From: a virus | Lineage: Duplodnaviria > Caudoviricetes | Length of the DNA: 32,155 nt | Strand: one strand, 5' to 3' | Virus record (IMG/VR): IMGVR_UViG_3300037465_000699 | Coordinates: 1-32,155 of that record | Shown here: positions 27,101 through 32,155 of the stretch, in pieces | Numbering within the stretch: position 1 is the first letter of the stretch | How the letters are laid out: every line of letters begins with the position of its first letter | Made by a program: the position numbers and the translations under genes | Notes under the pieces: generated by a model | Told to the model about the DNA's origin: nothing | What the model saw: the letters and a program-made list of their open reading frames with translations, nothing else | The model's database searches: none

Positions 27101-30100
27101 CCGCCGATCGGGACGCGGCGAAGATCCAAGGCACGCAATCTGACATCGCCGATGACGGCGAGATCGAGGCAATGGCCGCCGCCAGCCCTGGCGCCGCCTA
27201 TGTGCCGACCTACGTTCGAGGCGGGATCTCCAGCGCGCCGGCGGCGGCAACGCCGTTCACCATTGACGACAAGACGCGCATGGTGACGGCGCCAAAGGAG
27301 CCCGTGCGCCGAGAGCACATCATGGAGGAGTTTCAGCGGCTGTTCGGCATCAAGGTCTACCAAGGCAAGCCGTTCAAAGGCCGCAAGATGCTCGGCTTTT
27401 TCCGACCGAAAGCCGGCGAGATCAGGGTCAAGAAACGCAACGATCTCGAGATCACGGCGCATGAGGTCTTTCACTGGATCGACCGGAAATACCCGAGCAT
27501 CCGCAAGCTCTACCACGAGGCGCGCTTTCGCAGCGAGCTGACTGGCATCAGCTACGACGCGAGCAAGGTCAACGAGGGATTCGCCGAGTTCGGCCGCCTG
27601 TTCCTCACGCAGCAGATAGAGGCCGTCGCAAAGGCTCCGGAGTTCTTCGAGGCGTTCGTGGCCGAGACAAAGCGCCTTGGCGTATACGACAAGCTCGCGC
27701 GCGTTCAGCTGCGGATGCACGAGTGGTATCTGCAGGGCGCGGACGCAAGGGCGCTGTCGAAGATCGGCGCCAAACCGCCGAGCATCCGCCAGCGGCTCGA
27801 CATCGCTCTGCACCGATGGGGCGATCGCGCTATACAGGCCACGCTCGACACCATGCACAGCGTCAAGGTGCTCGAGCGGGAAATCTCCGGTGCTCCTGGC
27901 TCCGTCTACGAGTCGATGCGCCTTCTGGCCGGCGCGCGCAACATCGCCAACCAGTTCGTCAACTACGGGACGCTGCGCTGGGCGGATAACGGGGATCTCG
28001 AATTCAGCGGCGAGGGGCTGGCGCAGATCTTCGAGCCGATTGGCAACGAGATCGAGGACGCGATGGCGTACTTCGTGGGCCGTCGTGCACTCGAACTCGC
28101 TAAGTACGGCAAGGAGAATCTATTCACGGCTGACGAGATCGAGGCCCTGATTGCGCGAGGCCGAAACAGCCCGCGGGCCGAGGAAATACGCACCGCATTC
28201 CACAAGTATCAGGCTTACACGAAGCGGCTCATGGACTTTGCCGAGCAGAGCGGCATCGTGAGCGCCAAGACCAGGGCGGCATGGGAGGCGTTGTATCAGA
28301 ACTATGTTCCGTTCTATCGGGTGGCCGAGTCGCTTGGCGACGAGAGTTTCGGGAACAAGCGCAACAAGCCCGCGGCGTCGATCTTCAAGCGTCTGAAGGG
28401 AGGTACCAGCAACCTCAACGACACGCTAGAGAACATCACACTCAATACCGCGCTGATCGTTCACGCCAGCCTCAAGAACATGGCCAAGCGGCAAATGTAC
28501 CGGCTGATCGAGTCGGGGCGGGCCGGCCAGCGGTTCGCCGTGCGCGTGCCGACCGATACCCAGGTTGTCGGGATTCAGATGCGGCAGGTGGAGAACGCGC
28601 TGCGTGGGCTCGTGCTGGAGGCCGAGCAGCGCGCAGGTGCGGAGGATGCCAAGCCGGCTGACAAAGCCCACTACCTGCAGGTCGCGGCCGCCCTCGACAT
28701 CCTCACGGGGCCGCGGAGCGCGAGCGGAGATTCCGTGCTGTCGTCCTTGCAACAGCAAGCGACCTTCTTCACGACTGGTCACCCGCCGAACATCGAGGAG
28801 CGCGATTCCATACTGATCGGGGGCGAGCGTGTATGGTTTCAGGTTGGCGACCCGCTGCTTTGGCGCACGTTGCAGGAAATCAATCACCCGCGCCCGCTGA
28901 CGCTGGTCGAGAAGGCCATTGGGCTGCCGAAGCGCGTTCTGACCCGCGGCGTGACAGTGAGCCCGGAATTCCAGATCGCGAATCTGCTTCGCGATTCGTT
29001 CCAGGCGTTCACGCTGTCGAAGGGCTGGCAGTGGCCGTTGACAGATTCGCTGCGGGCGTTTAGCGACATCATTGCGGAGAGCGAGGACCTCAAGGATTTT
29101 CTCGCCAACGGTGGTGGGTTTGGTAACTCCATCAGCGACGAGACCAAGCGACTGCGCCTCTCGCTGCATCGGCTCGACCGCCATCACCTGCTCGACACGC
29201 CAGCGAAGATCGCCGACTTTTGGGACAAGTGGGGGCAGTCCTTCGAGCTCGCCACCCGGCTCGCTGAATACAAGCGCCTGCGGGCCAAGGGCGTCTCGAA
29301 GCGGCAGGCCGCGTTCGCGGGCCGTGAGATTTCCTCAGATTTCGCCATGCGCGGCACGTCGGAGATCGTCAGGTTTTTCACCGGCTCCGTCCCGTTCCTT
29401 GGCGCGCGGTTGCAAGGCTTATATCGCCTCGAGCGCGAGCTGTTCGAGCGTAGCGGGCGGCAGAGCTGGCATGGCGAGCACGCCATCCGGTTCGCGACCC
29501 GCTCGCTTCTTGGGATCACGTTGCCGTCTCTGCTGCTCTACGCACTCAACAAAGACGACGACGACTACAACCGGCTGCCGGAAGAAACGCGGATGCTGTT
29601 CTGGCCCATCAAGATCCCGGGGACGGACAACTTTGCGCTGATACCAAAGCCATTCGAGGTCGGCGCACTTTTCGCCACTATCCCCGAGTACCTATGGAGG
29701 TCGATGGAGGAGCGGCACCCGAAAGCGCTCATGGACGCGGCGCTTTTCACGATCGCCAATACCTTCGCGTTCGATCCGGAGCCGCAGATCGTTAAGCCGC
29801 TGATCGACGTTTTCTACCGGAACAAGTATTGGACCGGCGCGCCCATCGTCCCGCGCTCGCTCGAGAATGTGGAGCCGCAGGAACAATTCCGGCCGTGGAC
29901 GGCGCAGAGCATGGTGGCGATCGGCAAGGCATTCGGCGTCTCACCGCTCAAGATCGAGGCGCTCATCAACGGGTATCTAGGCACTGTCGGGCAGTACGCG
30001 ATCATGGCCGCGGACTCGCTGGTCACGACGCCGGGCGCCGGCGAGGATCCGGCATCGAAGCTCTCGACCATGCCGATCTTCCGGCGGTTTCTCCGTGCGG

Positions 30101-30522
30101 CACCGTATCTGCGCACCGCTTACGAGACGCGCTTCTACGAGATCGCCGACGAGGTCACTCGCGTCGTGGCGACGGCGGCCAAGATGCGCCGGGATGCCCG
30201 GGCAGATGACCTTGCCGACTACCTTGGCGTGGACGAGAAAATGCAGCTCTTTGCGATGGGGCGCGTTACCGAGAAAGTCAGTAATAAGGCGCGCGACATC
30301 GAGGCGGCGATGCGCGCAATCCGCCGCGACCCGATCATGCCGGGCGAGATCAAGACCGCGAAGATCGACGAGCTGCAAGGCCAGCTAAACACGCTATTCG
30401 AGTCGGCGGTAAAGCGGCTCGATGCGGATAAGATCGAAAAGTACCGCGACGCGCTTGATGGCGCGCCGCGATCCAGTCAACCTACTGAGCAAACGGAGAA
30501 GCGCCATGCCTTCGGGAAGTGA
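24151..30522 (+). CDS. Large polyvalent ejection protein: PBECR-like nuclease (~25690-26100), HExxH zincin-like domain (~27300-27730), LPD38-like C-terminus
   Basis: RHI..QHG...GQ.AVT.DDI..IP.VI..PD...Y.EEVR.GRK.L; AHEVFH...EGFAEF; DF..RG..PFL.A.LQG...IPKPFEVG.LF...KPLI...NK...G.PIVP. Confidence 0.8.
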   Translation: MPGIAYNPQEFDVVGGPEQQAGASIFNPQDFELVSVEAGEPERSWTDRIGQKIASLKPAFTQKLAALGDPNIPTPGMVMTPEQGLAAGHVAARLPGEIARATGAQATEYTAGARQAWADFEAASARRDAERAAARGTDLVAARKMALADQQDAEARRLAGIAAAAREGGAEAIAPDAGIIERAIVQGTSSALTSLPAILAAGPAGGAALLGIGTGGARYSELRAAGKDQATAAKSGLELGALEALTEFLPGRALTAVAKGSEPLKQALKEFVLSELPGENVTTIAQIIDDYAQQLRDDVTVQDVVEAIRDTTLATAVGGGAQLGVGAMMRAARTRANVRAAARREEELQAIQQPNLADFEVLSQPGESTATPPAPQAPTTTPPGSTATAEEPPYTPPGVGPGDVRVPEGTDVVQPAATEAPPAEAPPGPPATFPPVPAGQVLAPASATTTDVTPAGYAPGPQQEQSAAVPAQEPPAGTGVPQAPQSTTPPPPVVPPAGQVDVAAGPAGALEASARVRRVIEAAGNGDRLLREEIAPVSEWLVQSAKDNGLDLAGYRHTLDSFAVRHIRAQHGGVKREKARGQLAVTDDDIAEIPKVIEAPDRIVLGARSRQNKPLVVYLKRATDGSMLYFEEVRTGRKQLAALTLRKYPATMNAEAIVSTLHPNAQSDGGNKLTILQGPAILQGPARVQEATRQNAAKNASRQHKKVDRFAPSPRVDSLFEYLSKMQWHRASGRGVSIDALISEFGFDPADLKAARGFRILRPFNAKGVTSLDAVAEHLAEVGFPVVDRDGNHSLRMLYDIISRELSGDLVYSLNNDDAYRRMAERHEDDLRRRYEEEAGSQAIMPDDIRADESPAMVDMAELAQVARKYASEDDVQDALSALTDEQAVARLLALIEKGDSTYAQAYRAAAGLGPSRSEGDTQAPQGHGQVPAARIAGDQRDIFGGGDRTGVNEKAARVARKLGEGRGTIRPDEAPPGDIFRDAADRDAAKIQGTQSDIADDGEIEAMAAASPGAAYVPTYVRGGISSAPAAATPFTIDDKTRMVTAPKEPVRREHIMEEFQRLFGIKVYQGKPFKGRKMLGFFRPKAGEIRVKKRNDLEITAHEVFHWIDRKYPSIRKLYHEARFRSELTGISYDASKVNEGFAEFGRLFLTQQIEAVAKAPEFFEAFVAETKRLGVYDKLARVQLRMHEWYLQGADARALSKIGAKPPSIRQRLDIALHRWGDRAIQATLDTMHSVKVLEREISGAPGSVYESMRLLAGARNIANQFVNYGTLRWADNGDLEFSGEGLAQIFEPIGNEIEDAMAYFVGRRALELAKYGKENLFTADEIEALIARGRNSPRAEEIRTAFHKYQAYTKRLMDFAEQSGIVSAKTRAAWEALYQNYVPFYRVAESLGDESFGNKRNKPAASIFKRLKGGTSNLNDTLENITLNTALIVHASLKNMAKRQMYRLIESGRAGQRFAVRVPTDTQVVGIQMRQVENALRGLVLEAEQRAGAEDAKPADKAHYLQVAAALDILTGPRSASGDSVLSSLQQQATFFTTGHPPNIEERDSILIGGERVWFQVGDPLLWRTLQEINHPRPLTLVEKAIGLPKRVLTRGVTVSPEFQIANLLRDSFQAFTLSKGWQWPLTDSLRAFSDIIAESEDLKDFLANGGGFGNSISDETKRLRLSLHRLDRHHLLDTPAKIADFWDKWGQSFELATRLAEYKRLRAKGVSKRQAAFAGREISSDFAMRGTSEIVRFFTGSVPFLGARLQGLYRLERELFERSGRQSWHGEHAIRFATRSLLGITLPSLLLYALNKDDDDYNRLPEETRMLFWPIKIPGTDNFALIPKPFEVGALFATIPEYLWRSMEERHPKALMDAALFTIANTFAFDPEPQIVKPLIDVFYRNKYWTGAPIVPRSLENVEPQEQFRPWTAQSMVAIGKAFGVSPLKIEALINGYLGTVGQYAIMAADSLVTTPGAGEDPASKLSTMPIFRRFLRAAPYLRTAYETRFYEIADEVTRVVATAAKMRRDARADDLADYLGVDEKMQLFAMGRVTEKVSNKARDIEAAMRAIRRDPIMPGEIKTAKIDELQGQLNTLFESAVKRLDADKIEKYRDALDGAPRSSQPTEQTEKRHAFGK
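26092..26164 (-). ncRNA. Putative antisense structured small RNA at the end of the nuclease-domain coding region
   Basis: Perfect 8-bp stem 26094-26101/26154-26161 enclosing two nested helices; minus-strand TTGCAG-18-TATGGT promoter-like element immediately upstream. Prediction only. Confidence 0.4.
26171..26209 (+). repeat. 18-bp in-frame tandem duplication CCATACTGCAAGGCCCTG x2
   Basis: Read directly; encodes ILQGPA twice. Confidence 0.95.
26858..27028 (+). CDS. Nested +1-frame 56-aa basic ORF (MPKRIEPPPGSARAGAKAILKRLKATGKYPLRG...)
   Basis: AAGGGAG RBS at 26842-26848; codons in this frame look more G/C-ending than those of the host frame. Confidence 0.5.
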   Translation: MPKRIEPPPGSARAGAKAILKRLKATGKYPLRGSPGTSETFSAVVTAPASTKKPRG

Positions 30523-30772
30523 TCCGGCTTCGAGGCTGCAATCGGTCACGCTGTCGGACACCACCGTCTATGACGGGGTCCGCGGCTTTCACGTCGGCGG
30601 CGACGGCACGCTCGTCGTCGAGCCGGCTGAGCCCTGGGATGGTGCTACAGCACCCGGAGGGACCGTCTCGCTCGCTGTAAAGGGCGGCTCGTTCTACCCG
30701 TACCGCGTGCGGCGCTTCCTTTCGACGGGCAGCACCGCGAGCGCAACGCTGCTGATCGTCGCGCTGCGGTGA
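30506..30772 (+). CDS. Head-spike base protein (RcGTA Rcc01079-like)
   Basis: VT.SD....RG.HVGG.G.L.V...G.V.....G...P.RVRR..STG.TA...IVAL; GGAG RBS before ATG 30506. Confidence 0.7.
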   Translation: MPSGSDPASRLQSVTLSDTTVYDGVRGFHVGGDGTLVVEPAEPWDGATAPGGTVSLAVKGGSFYPYRVRRFLSTGSTASATLLIVALR

Positions 30773-30779
30773 CGCGCTG

Positions 30780-31160
30780 ATGGCCGACGCGCGTGACTTG
30801 GTCAGCGGCCTGGTCCCGCCGAAGCCCGGCGATAGCGACGGGCACTACCGGTGGCAGTGGGCGGTGTTTTTGAAGATCTGGGCGCTGATCGTGTTCGTCA
30901 TCTGGTCGATCGGTGGACTCGCCGGCTTGGGCCTCGACGGCTTCGCCCGCGCCAGTGACGTGGCCAATCTGCAGCAGGAGGTGCGCGATGCGCGCGTCAC
31001 TGCACTCGGAGCGCAGATGTTCGATCTGCGGATCAAGCAATGCCAGAACACCGGGCCGCTGCGGCAGGTGCTGGCCGAGCAGTTGGTGCGGCTCAATCGC
31101 GAGTATCGCGAGATCACCGGCGACTGGTATGAGCTTCAACCCTGCAGCGATCTGCAGTAA
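30780..31160 (+). CDS. Single-TM membrane protein at the start of the lysis cassette
   Basis: TM WAVFLKIWALIVFVIWSIGGLAGLGL, then a helical domain with two Cys. Confidence 0.65.
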   Translation: MADARDLVSGLVPPKPGDSDGHYRWQWAVFLKIWALIVFVIWSIGGLAGLGLDGFARASDVANLQQEVRDARVTALGAQMFDLRIKQCQNTGPLRQVLAEQLVRLNREYREITGDWYELQPCSDLQ

Positions 31161-31174
31161 CACGGAGGCAGGCG

Positions 31175-31396
31175 ATGATTCGCACCGACCTGACACGACC
31201 GTCGAGCACCATCACTGCGGCCACGCTGGCCGGCATGGCCGTTACCGTAGCGACGGAGCTCGCCATGCAGTTCGGCTTCGAGCTGCGCCCGACGCTGGTG
31301 GCCGCCGTCACGACATTCGCCGCGGCGCTGGTGGGCTACTTCAAGCGCGAGAACGTGCTGCCGCTGGCGCCGCCCGGGGATGAGCAGGGCGCGTGA
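31175..31396 (+). CDS. Putative holin (2 TM)
   Basis: 73 aa, two hydrophobic segments, charged C-terminus, GGAGG RBS, lysis context. Confidence 0.6.
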   Translation: MIRTDLTRPSSTITAATLAGMAVTVATELAMQFGFELRPTLVAAVTTFAAALVGYFKRENVLPLAPPGDEQGA

Positions 31397-31800
31397 CCCC
31401 GGCGCTCAACACCGTCGCTGCGGCGGCCGTCATTGCGTTCGTTGCCGGCTCTGCCTCCGGTGCCTGGCTGAACGGGCTGCGATGGGAGGCGCGCTACAAC
31501 CGCGACCTGGCGCAGATGTATCAGGCCGGCGTGAAGGCGCATCGCAGCGCCGTGGAGAGCTACCGTGCGGATCTCACTGCCATTCGTAATCGCCCTCGGC
31601 CTGTGCGCCGGGTGTACCTCTGCCCCGACGTGTCCGAGTCCACCGGCGGAGCTGCTGGTGCCGATCCCGGCGGACTTCCGGGCGCGGCTCGACGCGATCT
31701 TGGGACCGATCTCTACCAGCTCGCCGACGACGCCGACCGCTGCGCCGCGCAGCTCGCCGCCCTGATCCATGCCGTTTCAGCTCGGGCCGCGCAGCCGTAA
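31393..31800 (+). CDS. Rz: i-spanin (Rz-like)
   Basis: N-terminal TM, coiled coil, C-terminal AD.AD.C..QL.AL; contains a nested lipoprotein gene. Confidence 0.8.
   Translation: MTPALNTVAAAAVIAFVAGSASGAWLNGLRWEARYNRDLAQMYQAGVKAHRSAVESYRADLTAIRNRPRPVRRVYLCPDVSESTGGAAGADPGGLPGAARRDLGTDLYQLADDADRCAAQLAALIHAVSARAAQP
31565..31765 (+). CDS. Rz1: o-spanin lipoprotein (Rz1-like), nested in the +1 frame
   Basis: Signal peptide with lipobox LCAG|C and Pro-rich mature region; GGAG upstream. Confidence 0.8.
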   Translation: MRISLPFVIALGLCAGCTSAPTCPSPPAELLVPIPADFRARLDAILGPISTSSPTTPTAAPRSSPP

Positions 31801-32155
31801 GAACCTGGTCGGCGTGCACACCGATCTGGTGCGCGTGGTCGAGCTCGCGATCGCGCGTACGCCAATCGACTTCGTGGTCATCGAAGGGCTGCGGACGTTG
31901 GAGCGCCAGCGCGAACTGGTCGCGATGGGCGCCTCGAGGACGCTACTGTCCCGCCACCTGACCGGCCACGCGGTTGACCTGGCGGCCATCTTCGAGGGGC
32001 GAATCAGTTGGCGCGCCGAGCTGTACCGGACGCTCGCGCCGTGGGTGAAGGCGGCTGCGGCCGAGCTGGCGGTGCCGATCGAATGGGGTGGCGACTGGCG
32101 GCGCTTCGTCGATATGCCGCACTGGCAACTGCCGGCGCGAGTCTACCCGGCATGA
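31769..32155 (+). CDS. Endolysin, peptidase M15 family (L-Ala-D-Glu type)
   Basis: EGLRT.ERQ..L...G.S.TL.SRHLTGHAVD...WGGDW..F.D.PH.QL. Confidence 0.93.
   Translation: MPFQLGPRSRKNLVGVHTDLVRVVELAIARTPIDFVVIEGLRTLERQRELVAMGASRTLLSRHLTGHAVDLAAIFEGRISWRAELYRTLAPWVKAAAAELAVPIEWGGDWRRFVDMPHWQLPARVYPA

Noticed and set aside
26359-27858. 499-aa antisense ORF, and other long shadow ORFs such as 17910-18947, 16598-17485 and 2137-2838
   Set aside because: They mirror real GC3-rich genes; stop scarcity is expected at this GC and no motifs are recognisable.
1-32155. Integrase, att site, tRNA, IS element or alternative genetic code
   Set aside because: None recognised by eye; core genes translate intact in the standard code. 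An integrase may lie outside the window.

Overview
GC-rich temperate podophage or prophage with P22-like morphogenesis genes and a lambdoid switch; most of the genome is in the window, but no integrase is. The left arm (minus strand) carries Erf, a YqaJ/lambda-type exonuclease, a coiled-coil protein, a damaged DUF1367-like gene, SSB and small hypotheticals. Next come a short HTH repressor with a coupled membrane gene, cro, and 20-bp palindromic operators. The right arm carries a DUF1376-type replication initiator with two internal 12-bp repeat arrays, a DUF6475-like partner, an endonuclease, and fibre genes placed before terS. These are followed by a two-gene terL, portal, scaffold, coat, gp4/gp10-like proteins, ejection proteins, a 2123-aa polyvalent protein, a GTA-like head-spike base, and a lysis cassette (holin-like, Rz/Rz1, M15 endolysin). 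The most striking observations are inside the giant gene: a predicted antisense promoter plus a ~70-nt stem-loop at the 3' end of a putative RNase (PBECR-like) domain, and a nested +1-frame 56-aa ORF with its own RBS. Also notable are an exact 44-bp inverted copy of terL inserted in the left arm and a candidate head-spike base/fibre pair encoded ~18 kb apart. All family calls come from motif recognition by eye, not database searches.
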